Assembly (NCBI GenBank): GCA_003671185.1
Contig: QWPN01000106.1
Coordinates: 1-62,415, forward strand
Length of the DNA stretch: 62,415 nt
Reading direction: 5' to 3'
Source of the DNA: Planctomycetota bacterium
Lineage (GTDB): Bacteria > Planctomycetota > Planctomycetia > Pirellulales > UBA1268
Shown here: piece by piece, positions 11,953 through 21,802 of the stretch
Numbering within the stretch: the stretch's first letter is position 1
How the letters are laid out: each line of letters starts with the position of its first letter
Notes under the pieces: generated by a model
Seen by the model: the letters and a program-made list of their open reading frames with translations, nothing else
Database searches by the model: none
What the model was told of the DNA's origin: nothing
Position numbers and translations under genes: made by a program

Positions 11953-12798
11953 CTACCGCGACTGCTCGAAGAGCCAGTCGAGGACTGCCGGATCACGGTA
12001 GGCGGGCGTCCACGAGTCGTGCCCCACGCCGGGCAGTTCCGAGTATTTCGGACTGCCCCCGGCGGCCCGCAGGGCCTCGATCATGGCCCGTGACCGGCCC
12101 ACGGGCACGGCGGTGTCGGCATCTCCGTGGAAGCACCACACCGGCAGTTTCGCGATCCTGCCCACCGTGTTCTCGTCACCGCCACCGCAGATCGGCAGGA
12201 GCGCGGCGAACCGTTCCGGCATCCGGGCACCCAGATCCCAGGTGCCGTAACCGCCCATCGAGAGCCCGGTCAGGTAGATGCGCGAGGTATCGACCCGCTC
12301 CTTGGCAATCACGTCGTCGAGGGCGGCCACCGCCGCGGCCAGATCGGTCGTGGGCCCGGGCGCCTGCGGCGTGCTCTGCTGGTCGGCCCAGGGCACGTCG
12401 ACCCACTGGTGCCCCTTGCGGCACTGCGGCACGAGCACGAAGCAGGGATATCGCTCGCGCATCTCGGGAGCAGCCAGCCACTTGGGCAGGAACTTGAGGT
12501 GCATGGCGTTGTCGTCGCCGCGCTCGCCGGCGCCGTGCAGGAAGAGCACGAGCGGCCAGTGGCGACCCGCGTCATCGGCATGGAGCGGCTTCAGCAATCG
12601 GTAGCGGAAGGTGGCCGTCCCCTCCCCTTCCGGCACCGCGATCGACCGTTCCTCGTAGACCTGGGCCGGATTGACCGCCTTGCGTTCCGATTGCACGTTG
12701 CCCTCCCCGGCGGCGAATGTCGTGTTGACGCCGTTGCCGCAGGCAGCCGCCATCAGTCCTGCCGTCGCCGTTGCCAGCCATGTGCCGCGGATGTGCAT
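11953..12798 (-). CDS. alpha/beta hydrolase (carboxylesterase/dienelactone-hydrolase-like), exported
   Basis: Has an N-terminal signal with Cys (LMAAAC), the HG oxyanion motif (LFLHGAGERG), the nucleophile elbow GLSMGG and a distal FHGDAD / GHDSW. Confidence 0.75.
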   Translation of the reverse strand: MHIRGTWLATATAGLMAAACGNGVNTTFAAGEGNVQSERKAVNPAQVYEERSIAVPEGEGTATFRYRLLKPLHADDAGRHWPLVLFLHGAGERGDDNAMHLKFLPKWLAAPEMRERYPCFVLVPQCRKGHQWVDVPWADQQSTPQAPGPTTDLAAAVAALDDVIAKERVDTSRIYLTGLSMGGYGTWDLGARMPERFAALLPICGGGDENTVGRIAKLPVWCFHGDADTAVPVGRSRAMIEALRAAGGSPKYSELPGVGHDSWTPAYRDPAVLDWLFEQSR

Positions 12799-12799
12799 C

Positions 12800-13507
12800 T
12801 CATCCCCCTTCCGGGCCTTCGTCGATCACAAGTTTCACGCGCCTGGGCATGGTCATCCTGGCGAACATGCCCAGCGCCCCGCGCGGCAGGCCGAGAAACT
12901 CCAGGTGCTCAAACCAGCCGGGAACCTCCGCCGCCAGCCGGCCCACCCGGCTGCCCCGGAGGTCGAGACGGCGCAGTCCCTTGAGCGGCTTGAGCTGCAG
13001 CAGGCCCTCGTCGCCAAGCGGCCCGCCCGTCAGTTCCAGGGTGGCCAGATCCTTGAGCGAGTCGGCGCGGAAGCCCAGCAGGATCGCGAACACGTCGTCG
13101 GCGCCCGGGCCGTGCAGCCGCACCGCCACGAGCTTGTCGGCCACGTGGCCAAAGTCCTCGCCGAAGGACTTGCGCAGCCAGTCGGTCTCCTCCATGTCGG
13201 CGCTGCCGCCGCGGTCGATCGCCTCGCTGACGACCTCCTGCTGCTGGGCGTAGGCCTCGATCTTGGAGGCCAGCCACTCGAGCTTGCTGGCCTTGAACTT
13301 CACGAAGTCGTTGGCTTCGTCGAAGGCCTTCTGCAGGCGGACGAAGGCGGCGGCGTCACCGCCCCGATCGGGGTGGGCCTCCCGGGCCCGGACCAGGAAG
13401 GCCTGCTTGACGTCCTCGAGCGTCACGGGCGGCATGAGGCCGAGGATCGTGAGGCACTCGGGGTGCTGTGAATCGGCGGCGCGGGTCGAAAGCGGATCGT
13501 GCGACAT
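12800..13507 (-). CDS. J-domain protein with C-terminal leucine-rich-repeat-like region
   Basis: The start is the ATG at 13507 inside the listed 588-aa ORF. The J-domain has an HPD motif (LGL..VTLEDVKQAFLVRAREAHPDRGGD). The C-terminus has LRR-like LKDLATLELTG..LLQLKPLKGLRRLDLRGS. The stop at 12800-12802 lies 1 nt from the ATG of the esterase. Confidence 0.7.
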   Translation of the reverse strand: MSHDPLSTRAADSQHPECLTILGLMPPVTLEDVKQAFLVRAREAHPDRGGDAAAFVRLQKAFDEANDFVKFKASKLEWLASKIEAYAQQQEVVSEAIDRGGSADMEETDWLRKSFGEDFGHVADKLVAVRLHGPGADDVFAILLGFRADSLKDLATLELTGGPLGDEGLLQLKPLKGLRRLDLRGSRVGRLAAEVPGWFEHLEFLGLPRGALGMFARMTMPRRVKLVIDEGPEGG

Positions 13508-13708
13508 TGGGGGCCTGGGCGAGGACGGGCAAGGCCGGCAGACAGCGTAAACGCCCGTCCGTGGGGGACGCAATCGACGCTGGAGTGCCGGGGTCCGTTC
13601 GCCTTGATCGTGCCGGCCATATTCCCTATCCACCCTTGTCGAGGAGCCGTCGCGGCCCAGGGCATCGCGCCCGGTCGGTGTCGGCACACCCGCCAAGGAG
13701 GGCATGGC

Positions 13709-15685
13709 ATGGTGCGCGCGTGGATCGGCTGGAGGTATGCGCGGGAGATCGCCGCCGCGGTGGCGATCGTGTCCGCGTGCCTGGGATGGCGGCTGGCGAC
13801 AGGAACCCGCGCGGCCGATGCCAAGCCGCCGGAACGGAAGGCGGCCTCCGCGCCCGCCGCCCCCGGGGCCAAGCCGCTGGCGCTCGTCAACGGCACGGAA
13901 ATCACGGCCGACCGTCTGGGGGCCGAGTGCCTGACCCGGCATGGCGCGGCCGTGCTCGAGTCGCTCGTCAACCGGCGCATCATCGAGCAGGCCTGTCAGC
14001 GCCGCGGCGTGAAGGTCACTCGGCAGGACGTGGACGCCGAAATCGATGCCCTGGCGAAGCGATTCAGCGTGCCGCGCGACAAGTGGCTGGAATTGATCCA
14101 GCAGGAGCGGGACATCACGCCCGAGCAATACGCCGACGACATCGTGTGGTCGATGCTGGCGCTGCGCCGCCTGGCCCAGGGGGCCGTGGAGCCCTCTGCC
14201 GAGGAGGTGCAGGCGGCCTTCGAGAAGGAGTTCGGCCCCGCCGTCAAGGCGCGGATCATCGTCTCGCGCACCCGGCAGGATGCCGAGAAGGCCCGCACGG
14301 CCGCCCTGGCCGCGCCCGACGACTTCGGCGGCCTGGCGCGCAAGCTCTCCGCCGACGTGGGCAGCGCCAGTGCCAACGGCTGGGTGCAGCCGATTCGCCT
14401 GCACTCCGGCGAGCCGGCGTTCGACCGGGCCGCTTTCGCCCTGCAGCCGGGGGAGATCTCCCCGGTGATCCAGGTGGCCGACCAGTTCATCATCATCAGG
14501 TGCGAAGGGCACCTGCCGGCGGCGGACGTCAAACCGGAGGACGTGCGGCCGCGGCTGGCCGAGCAACTGCGCGACCAGAAGAGCCGCCAGGCGTCGAACG
14601 ACGTGTTTCGGAAACTCCAGGACGCGTCGACGATCGAGAACGTGCTCAACGATCCGGCCCGCGCCGCCGCCGCTCAGGGAGTGGCGGCCCGGGTCAACGG
14701 GGAGGCGATTCCCATCGACGAGGTGCGGGCGGTGAGCCTCGAACGCTACGGCCGCGACGTGCTGGAGATTCTCATCACGCGGACACTCGTCGAGCAGGCG
14801 TTGAAGCGGCAGCAGCAGACGGTGTCAGAGGCCGATCTCGACGCGGAGATCGCCCGGGCGGCGGGCAGGATGGGATTCCAGCGACCGGATGGCAAGCCGG
14901 ACACGGCAGCCTGGCTGGAGCGCGTGACCCGCGAGGAGAAGATCCCGCTGCGGCACTACATGGAAGACATCGTGTGGCCGACCGTGGCCCTGAAGAGGCT
15001 GGTGGGCACGGTGCCGGTGAGCCAGGATGATCTCGACAAGGCGTTCAAGGCCACCTTCGGCCCTCGGGCCAAGTGCCGCATCATCGTGCTCGACAGCCAG
15101 CGCCGGGCCCAGGAGGTCTGGCAGTTGGCACGGCAGAATCTCACCGTGGAGCACATCGGCAACCTGGCGGAGAACTACTCCGTCGATCCCACGACACGGG
15201 CCCTGCGCGGCGAGGTGCCTCCCATCCAGCGCTGGGGCGGACAGCCGGCTCTCGAGCGCGAGGCGTTCGCGCTCAAGCCTGGTGAATTGTCGGGCGTGGT
15301 GCAGGTGGCCGACCGGTTCATGGTGGTGTTCTGCGAGGGCTTCACGGAGCCCGCCAAGGTGTCGTTCGAGGAGGTGCGTGGCGAACTCTACGACGACATC
15401 CACGAGAAGAAGCAGCGCATCGAGATGGCCCGGCACTTCACGCATCTGCGTGAGTCGGCCACGATCGACAACTTCCTGGCGGGCACGAGCCAGGCCCCCA
15501 CGGCGCCGGGCCGGCAGGGGCCGGGTGAAAAGGGGACGCAGGCCTCCACGCTCTCCAAGGCCGAGGCGGCCGAGCTGGCCCAGCCCCGGGCGGGTAGTCG
15601 TCGTGCCGTGTCGGCCGCGCCGAAGGCGGGCTCGGGTGTCGTGCCCGCCTCGCTCGACGCCCCGCTTCAGACGCCACGCCGGTAG
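13709..15685 (+). CDS. SurA-like peptidyl-prolyl isomerase with two parvulin-type domains
   Basis: The ATG at 13709 lies 7 nt after AAGGAGG. There is one N-terminal TM/signal anchor. Two PpiC-like blocks are present (ARIIVSRT...PGEISPVIQVADQFIIIRCEG and CRIIVLDS...PGELSGVVQVADRFMVVFCEG). Confidence 0.75.
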   Translation: MVRAWIGWRYAREIAAAVAIVSACLGWRLATGTRAADAKPPERKAASAPAAPGAKPLALVNGTEITADRLGAECLTRHGAAVLESLVNRRIIEQACQRRGVKVTRQDVDAEIDALAKRFSVPRDKWLELIQQERDITPEQYADDIVWSMLALRRLAQGAVEPSAEEVQAAFEKEFGPAVKARIIVSRTRQDAEKARTAALAAPDDFGGLARKLSADVGSASANGWVQPIRLHSGEPAFDRAAFALQPGEISPVIQVADQFIIIRCEGHLPAADVKPEDVRPRLAEQLRDQKSRQASNDVFRKLQDASTIENVLNDPARAAAAQGVAARVNGEAIPIDEVRAVSLERYGRDVLEILITRTLVEQALKRQQQTVSEADLDAEIARAAGRMGFQRPDGKPDTAAWLERVTREEKIPLRHYMEDIVWPTVALKRLVGTVPVSQDDLDKAFKATFGPRAKCRIIVLDSQRRAQEVWQLARQNLTVEHIGNLAENYSVDPTTRALRGEVPPIQRWGGQPALEREAFALKPGELSGVVQVADRFMVVFCEGFTEPAKVSFEEVRGELYDDIHEKKQRIEMARHFTHLRESATIDNFLAGTSQAPTAPGRQGPGEKGTQASTLSKAEAAELAQPRAGSRRAVSAAPKAGSGVVPASLDAPLQTPRR

Positions 15686-15824
15686 CCACGCCCCGGGCTG
15701 TCCGGCAGCGTATTCGGCCCCACGGCAGGTCCGTCGCCGGCCCGGTCTACGGGCGCCCGACGGGGCCTTGGTGCGGGAACCACTGCCGCATGTCATGATG
15801 CAGGCCTTCCCCGGAGGCGTGGTC

Positions 15825-16499
15825 ATGAACGGACGGTGGCGGATCAGGTGCGGTGTGGCCGGCATGCTCCTTCTGGTGGCCTGCCTCGGTGTCCCGCGGG
15901 CTGCCGCTGACGAGGCCGGTTTCCGGCCGCTCTTCGATGGCAAGACGCTCGACGGCTGGCAGGGCGCCCGCGGCGGCTACGACATCGTCGACGGTGAACT
16001 CCGCGCCAAGCCGGGCACCGGCGGCAACCTGCTCACCGTCGAGGAGTTCGGCGACTTCACCCTGCGCTTCGAGTTCCGACTCACGCCGGGGGCCAACAAC
16101 GGCCTGGGCATCCGCGCCCCCGCCCAGGGCGACGCCGCCTTCCAGGGCATGGAACTGCAGATCCTCGACGATGGCCATCCCAAGTACGCCAACCTGCAGC
16201 CCTGGCAGGTGCACGGCTCGATCTACGGGGTGGTGGCCGCCGAGCGCGACTGCCTCAAGCCGGCCGGTGAATGGAATGTCGAGGAGGTGACGGCGAAGGG
16301 ATCGCGGGTCACCGTCGTTGTCAACGGCAAGACGATCGTCGATGCCGACATCGCTCCCTTCCGGGACGGCAGCCAGCCCACGCCCGACGGCAAGGCCCAC
16401 CCGGGCCTGGCCCGATCCAGGGGGCACGTGGGATTCCTGGGGCACGGCGACGAGGTGCACTTCCGCAACATCCGCCTCAAGCCGCTGGACGCGAACTGA
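15825..16499 (+). CDS. secreted DUF1080 protein, paralogue 2
   Basis: The ATG at 15825 lies 7 nt after GGAGG. A signal peptide is followed by DEAGFRPLFDGKTLDGWQ...NNGLGIRAP...MELQILDD...GHVGFLGHGDEVHFRNIRLKPL. Confidence 0.8.
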   Translation: MNGRWRIRCGVAGMLLLVACLGVPRAAADEAGFRPLFDGKTLDGWQGARGGYDIVDGELRAKPGTGGNLLTVEEFGDFTLRFEFRLTPGANNGLGIRAPAQGDAAFQGMELQILDDGHPKYANLQPWQVHGSIYGVVAAERDCLKPAGEWNVEEVTAKGSRVTVVVNGKTIVDADIAPFRDGSQPTPDGKAHPGLARSRGHVGFLGHGDEVHFRNIRLKPLDAN

Positions 16500-16520
16500 G
16501 TCCCTGCCACGGGCTGTCCG

Positions 16521-18503
16521 TCAGGGCGCCGGCATTTCCCACACCGACCGCAGGGCGACGCCGTCGTCATCGACCGTCATCAGCATGGCCCCGGTGCCCA
16601 TCATGTCCTCCATGTCGGCGCCGCTGGGCAGGATGGCCTGCAGGTCGGCGAGCAACTCGCGATAGTCGTCGCCCACGTCGTCCGGCGTGAGGGCCGCCGC
16701 CAGGTCGCGAAGCATGCCCAGCGTGCCGCCCGACTGTGAGCAGTCGCTGACCCCGAACATGCGGGCCGGACCCAAGGGCAAAAGCTCGCCCGCCCGGCGG
16801 ATCGCCGCACTCTCCCGGAAAGAGGAATCACCCGTGGGCGGCGTGCGGATCGTGGCCAGCGTCCGTTCCAGGGAATCGGTCCCGACACCGACCACGAGGT
16901 GCCCGCGGCCCACGAAGGCCGCCGCACCGTTGGGCAGTCGCACCCCGCGGAACCCCTGCTCCTCACCAATCTCGGCGTTGACCGTGGCTGCCAACCGCTG
17001 CAGGATCTTGAGGAACGGAGCCTCGTCGGCGATCTGCCAGACGACGGCGGTGCGGTCGGCCGCGGGCGGCTGACCAGCCGCCGCGCCAGCCCGGGCGGCA
17101 CGCCGCGACTCTTCCAGCGCCTCGGCCACCCGCGGCGGATAGGAGATCAACCAGTGCCGGCTGCCGAGGCCGCCGAGCACGCCAGGCAGATCGACGCCGA
17201 TCCAGCCTTGGGCCTGCATCTCCACGGCCGTGAACATGTTGCCCGCCTCCTCGCCCCCCTGGGCCACGGCGAACTCCTTCACCGTTTGGTACGCCTTGCC
17301 GAGGTCGAGCGAGATCTGGGTCAGATCGACGGCCTCGCTGCTCACAAAGCCGGGCACCTCGGATGCATCGCAGTCCTGCTCGAGGATGCGCAGCAGGCCG
17401 CGGCGCGGCGCGGGGAGCGCTACGGCGAGCGTGCTCTGGTAGCAGCCCTTGTCGAAGGACTGGCGCCAGGCCAGGGGGCCGACCGCGTCGACGCCGACAT
17501 CCTGCAATCCCTTCAGCATGGCCGCGTTGTCGCTCGCGTAGGCCTTGATGAACACCCGCGGGTCGACGACCACGTCGAGCAGCGGCATCCCGCCGGGCAT
17601 GACGCTCCTGATGCCGGGAGCGTCGAGCCGCGCCGCCAGCGGTGAATCTCCTCCCTGGGAGTGGGCGGCGAGGAATCGTGTGGCCAGCGCCCGCGCCTCT
17701 TCGGTGCCGCTCTCCGCGTCGAAGTCGCGATCCTCGGCACGGGGGCGCCGCTCCCGCGGACCGTTGCCTGGCGCCGTCCAGCCGGCAAGCAGGCGGCCGC
17801 CGATTCGCGTCACGAAGGCGTGCGCCTGGCCGGCCTGGACCTGCTTGGCGACCTCGACGCGGCGCCGGATCTCCTCCCGGTGGCGCTCCAGGTCGCCGTC
17901 GGGGCCAGCCTCGAGGTCGCTGGCGTCGATATCGAGCTGCATCACCGGCGTCACCGTCCACAGCACTTCGTGTCCAGCCAGTTCCATGTCGATTCGTCTG
18001 GAGGCCTGGTCGCCGAGCGTGGTGACGTCTTCGTCGAGTTTCTGCTTGATGGCGGCCAGCATGCGGCCCGCCGTCTCCGGCCCCGGCTCCAGCCAGCCGA
18101 GCATCATCAGGAACGGCCGCATCTCCTCCTGCCGCGGCTGCACGACGAGCGCCACACCGGCGTCGCCCGCGAACGCTGACCGCATGTCGCCCGCCTCGAG
18201 TCCGTAGCGGGCCATCGTCTCGTCGAGCCCCTTGAACTGCTCGCCGGAGCCGTCCTTCCGCAGCCGGTCGACCAGCAGCCCCCAGGCCTTCTCGACCCGC
18301 CGCTCACCGAGCAGCACGGCGCCGAACTTGGTGCGCGAGCGGAGCATCTCCAGGAATTCGCCCCCCTGCGGCATGCGGATCATGACCGCCGTCTCCTCGG
18401 GCAGGCATTCCCAACTGGGCCGCAACTCGGCCGCGGCGGCGCGGCTGGCACAGGCACAGAGGCAGACGGCGACGAGGCCGGCCTGGCGAAGGAACGATGT
18501 CAT
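16521..18503 (-). CDS. secreted hypothetical protein (660 aa)
   Basis: Has a Sec signal peptide (LVAVCLCACASRAAAA) and coding-like third-position GC. It is the last gene of a co-directional cassette. No domain was recognised with confidence; it may be DUF3352-like. Confidence 0.6.
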   Translation of the reverse strand: MTSFLRQAGLVAVCLCACASRAAAAELRPSWECLPEETAVMIRMPQGGEFLEMLRSRTKFGAVLLGERRVEKAWGLLVDRLRKDGSGEQFKGLDETMARYGLEAGDMRSAFAGDAGVALVVQPRQEEMRPFLMMLGWLEPGPETAGRMLAAIKQKLDEDVTTLGDQASRRIDMELAGHEVLWTVTPVMQLDIDASDLEAGPDGDLERHREEIRRRVEVAKQVQAGQAHAFVTRIGGRLLAGWTAPGNGPRERRPRAEDRDFDAESGTEEARALATRFLAAHSQGGDSPLAARLDAPGIRSVMPGGMPLLDVVVDPRVFIKAYASDNAAMLKGLQDVGVDAVGPLAWRQSFDKGCYQSTLAVALPAPRRGLLRILEQDCDASEVPGFVSSEAVDLTQISLDLGKAYQTVKEFAVAQGGEEAGNMFTAVEMQAQGWIGVDLPGVLGGLGSRHWLISYPPRVAEALEESRRAARAGAAAGQPPAADRTAVVWQIADEAPFLKILQRLAATVNAEIGEEQGFRGVRLPNGAAAFVGRGHLVVGVGTDSLERTLATIRTPPTGDSSFRESAAIRRAGELLPLGPARMFGVSDCSQSGGTLGMLRDLAAALTPDDVGDDYRELLADLQAILPSGADMEDMMGTGAMLMTVDDDGVALRSVWEMPAP

Positions 18504-18555
18504 GCGGTCCTCGTCGGTGTGTCCGCGGCCGGCCTCAGCGGGCGCGGTGCGGGGA

Positions 18556-19527
18556 TCACGGAGCCCGTGGAACGGCCTTGGCGCCGTCGGCCGGTTGCGT
18601 CGGCCGGCTCGGGGGCGGCAGGTAGGTGACGCCGTTCTGGGGCTGCGATTCGTCGTACAGGTAGGTGTCGCGGTGAACCAGGAAGTCGATCAGCTCGTTG
18701 GCGGGAATGCCGAAGGCCAGGCCGTCGAACACGGCCGCACCGGCGCAGGCCACGGCCACCACTTCGCCGCGGGCGTTGAAGATCGGACCCCCGCTGTTGC
18801 CCGGATTGATGGCGGCGTCGGTCTGGATGAGCCGCACCTGGTCGATCGTCCTGGTGGTGCTGCTCACGATGCCCTGGGTCACGCTCCGCTCCATACCCAG
18901 CGGATTGCCGATCGCGAACACCATGTCGCCGACACGGAGGTCGTCGCGGTCGTTGATCACCACCGGCTCCGGCAGCCGGCCCTTCGCTTCCTCGGCGTCC
19001 AGTTGCAGGATCGCCAGATCGCGCAGCGGTTGCAGGGCGACGATGCGTACCTTGCGGAGTTCCACCTTCTCGAAGCCCTTGGCGGCACGGCGGAATAGCG
19101 TCACCTGCAGGCGGGTGTTCTTTTCCACGACGTGGTAGTTCGTGACCAGGTGGCCGTCGCGGCTGATGATGAAGCCGGTGCCCAGCCCGCCGGGGTTGCG
19201 CACCAGCACGACGGCGTCGCCGAAGCGCTTGACGAGTTCCGGCACCTCGCGGGCCTCGAGCCTGCCAGTGCGGAAAATGTCGCGGTCGCTCTCCCGCTCC
19301 GCGCCCGGGGCGGCGGCGTCGGCCTCGCGCCGCACGTCGAGCACCCGCTTGGCGGGGATCTGCAGCACCTCGAAGCCGAGGTCGACCACCACGCCCTCCT
19401 CGTTCTGCCGCAGGAGCGGCGCGGTCACCCGGCCGCCGCCCACCAGCGTCACGGTGACGATATCGGCGGCGACGGCGGGCCAGGTCGCGGCGGCCAGCAG
19501 GCAGGCGGCAAGGCGGCGGGGCATCAC
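18556..19527 (-). CDS. trypsin-like serine protease (S1C/HtrA-type catalytic domain, no PDZ)
   Basis: Has a signal peptide and catalytic triad contexts TNYHVV (His), RDLAILQL (Asp) and GNSGGP (Ser). Its ATG overlaps the upstream gene's stop (ATGA at 19524-19527). Confidence 0.85.
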   Translation of the reverse strand: MMPRRLAACLLAAATWPAVAADIVTVTLVGGGRVTAPLLRQNEEGVVVDLGFEVLQIPAKRVLDVRREADAAAPGAERESDRDIFRTGRLEAREVPELVKRFGDAVVLVRNPGGLGTGFIISRDGHLVTNYHVVEKNTRLQVTLFRRAAKGFEKVELRKVRIVALQPLRDLAILQLDAEEAKGRLPEPVVINDRDDLRVGDMVFAIGNPLGMERSVTQGIVSSTTRTIDQVRLIQTDAAINPGNSGGPIFNARGEVVAVACAGAAVFDGLAFGIPANELIDFLVHRDTYLYDESQPQNGVTYLPPPSRPTQPADGAKAVPRAP

Positions 19528-21746
19528 GGCTGCTCGTCATCCTTTCCCAGGTACACGACGAGCCGGTCCTGGCTGACCATCACCAGGTCGCGTTTCCGAT
19601 CGCCGTCGGCGTCGAGAGCGGCGATCCGGCGCGGCTCCGCCACCAGGTCCTTCGACTCTCCGCCGTCGTAGGGATACTTCCGATCCTCGAACACGGTCCA
19701 GGTCACCGACCGCTGCAGGCCTTCGGTGGCCCGCAGCAGCGCCGTCAGTTGATGCTTGCGGTCGTCGCACAGCACCACGTCATCGGTGCCATCGCCGTCG
19801 ATGTCGGTGACCAGCACGCGGTGAATGGTCGATTCGCTGACACCGCTGCGGCGGCCGATGCGGCCGTCGATGCTCTCCTGCAGCTTCAGCTCCCAGGGCT
19901 GTCCGGCCGCGAGCCGCACGATCCGCTCCTGGTCGACGAGCACCAGTCCCAGCACGGGATCACCGCGCAGGGTGCCGCCGGCCGGCGGCTTCACGCTCTC
20001 CACCACCCGCATCACGCCGGCGTCGTCGGCCGCGAGCCGGTGTAGGAAACCGCCCCCCTGCTCCAGCGCCCAGGCGCCAGCGCCGGCGAGCGGCAGGTAG
20101 GAGCCGATCTTCTGCCCTTCGGTAAGCATGACCTGGTCGACCGGATGCAGGTCGTCTCCCAACCACTGCAGGACGCCGTCGGTGAGCCGGGCCCGGCGTA
20201 GCGTGCCATCGACGTCGAGGGCGAGGTACTCCGAGGGGTCCATCTTCGCCAACAGTGCGGGCGATGTGACGACCGGCTTGCCGTCCTTCAGCGTCACCAG
20301 CCTGCCCGCCGTGGCGTAGGCATCCTGCACGAGCAGCGTGTCGCCACCCAGCCACACGACCTGCTCCACCTTGGCGCCGAGGTCGGAGTAGCGGGTCTTG
20401 CGCGGTTCCGGCGCGTCGGCGGGCCAGACGAACAGATCGACGTCGCTGCCGACTCGCTGGGCCCACCACACCGTGGAGCCGATCGTGTCGAGTGCCAGGA
20501 TGCGGCGATCCTTGCCCTCCTGCTCCCAGGGCTGGGGATACGTGAGGCGGCCGTTCTCCCAACGACAGCGATGCAGATCGGCGGCGTCCTTGGCCCACAC
20601 CAAAAGCAGGCCCTTGGCGGCGGGCGCCGCCAGCGCCCGCATGCCGCCGATCGCCGGAAACGTCTCTTCCGCCAGCCAGCCGGCCTCGCCCAGCCGGTGC
20701 ACCCGCAGTCGCGGCTGCGCAGCGTCGATGGCGACGATAGCCGGCACGGCCGCGTCGGGACCGCCGATCAGCATGCCGCACCAGCCACGTCGGGAGGCGG
20801 ACGCCATCGGCAACGCGTCCTGGCGGCCCACCGACGACGGTTCAGCCCGGGCCAACTGGTAGCGGCGCAGCACGCCTTTGTCGCTGCCGCCAAGGAGCAA
20901 CAGATCGGCTTTCCCGGCGGCCGGCGCGGCCGTCTGCAGACCCTCCACGGGCTGTTCGTGGATCGTTTGGGCGGGCAGCAGGCTGCCGTCCGGAGCACAG
21001 GCATACAGCCGCACCACCTGACGAGCCGCGCCCGTCCACTCCACGAGATCCGAGTCGCCGTCGCCGTCGAGGTCAGCGAGGTGCCAGTCGATGCGGCCGC
21101 GACTCTCACGGGGGGCCAGCCAGACAGCGCGGCCGCCGTCCTGCAGCGGCAGCCGTTGGATGCCCTGCTCATAACTGATGAGCAGTTCGTGCCCGCCGCC
21201 CGGCAGGTCGCGCACGAGCAGGCAGCCGCTGCGGCCCACCGGCGTGCCGGCCAGCAGGTTCCACTCGCCCGTCTTCTTCCAGGCACCTCGTTCATCGAGC
21301 TGCCTGCCGGCCGCCTGCGTGTAGACGGAAATCCGATTCGATGGCGTGGTGAGCACGAGCAACTCGGGCCGCTTGTCGCCGTTCACGTCGTGGGCCACGA
21401 CATCGACCGGCATCTCGTCGATGGCCACCTCGCCGTGGGCCCATTCCACCGCCAGCGGCAGTTCGTTGGGCCGGTCGGGGTCGGAAGTGTCGTGGCGGAC
21501 GCGCTCGGCTGGTTGCAGCCAGCGATAGAGATCGAGCCTGGCCTGCCGCGGGTTGACCAGGATCACGTCATCGCGGCCGTCGCCCCCCAGGTCGGCCACG
21601 GCCAGCCGTTCCGCCCGGCCGTCGAGCGGGATGACCCGGATCCCTGCCCAGCCCTCGAATCCCACCGCAGCCGTCACCCGCAGGGCGAGGAGGGCCAAGG
21701 CGAGCGTAACTGCGGCGGGACGGGGTCGGCAGGAGGCTGCAGTCAT
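19524..21746 (-). CDS. FG-GAP/VCBS-repeat exported protein
   Basis: Has repeated Ca-binding-type DxDxDG motifs (DLGGDGRDD, DVNGDKRPE, DLDGDGDSD, DIDGDGTDD, DADGDRKRD). The ATG at 21746 gives a signal peptide. The alternative GTG at 21806 overlaps the sigma-factor stop. Confidence 0.7.
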   Translation of the reverse strand: MTAASCRPRPAAVTLALALLALRVTAAVGFEGWAGIRVIPLDGRAERLAVADLGGDGRDDVILVNPRQARLDLYRWLQPAERVRHDTSDPDRPNELPLAVEWAHGEVAIDEMPVDVVAHDVNGDKRPELLVLTTPSNRISVYTQAAGRQLDERGAWKKTGEWNLLAGTPVGRSGCLLVRDLPGGGHELLISYEQGIQRLPLQDGGRAVWLAPRESRGRIDWHLADLDGDGDSDLVEWTGAARQVVRLYACAPDGSLLPAQTIHEQPVEGLQTAAPAAGKADLLLLGGSDKGVLRRYQLARAEPSSVGRQDALPMASASRRGWCGMLIGGPDAAVPAIVAIDAAQPRLRVHRLGEAGWLAEETFPAIGGMRALAAPAAKGLLLVWAKDAADLHRCRWENGRLTYPQPWEQEGKDRRILALDTIGSTVWWAQRVGSDVDLFVWPADAPEPRKTRYSDLGAKVEQVVWLGGDTLLVQDAYATAGRLVTLKDGKPVVTSPALLAKMDPSEYLALDVDGTLRRARLTDGVLQWLGDDLHPVDQVMLTEGQKIGSYLPLAGAGAWALEQGGGFLHRLAADDAGVMRVVESVKPPAGGTLRGDPVLGLVLVDQERIVRLAAGQPWELKLQESIDGRIGRRSGVSESTIHRVLVTDIDGDGTDDVVLCDDRKHQLTALLRATEGLQRSVTWTVFEDRKYPYDGGESKDLVAEPRRIAALDADGDRKRDLVMVSQDRLVVYLGKDDEQP

Positions 21747-21802
21747 GCGGGTGAGAATACCCGCCCACCGCCTCTCCCGCCATGAGACGCCCCGCGCCGC
21801 CG

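Noticed and set aside
15126-15141. TGGCAC motifs inside coding regions as sigma-54 promoters (also near 1955 and 46379)
   Set aside because: The -12 GC element is missing at the required spacing, and the sites lie inside genes.
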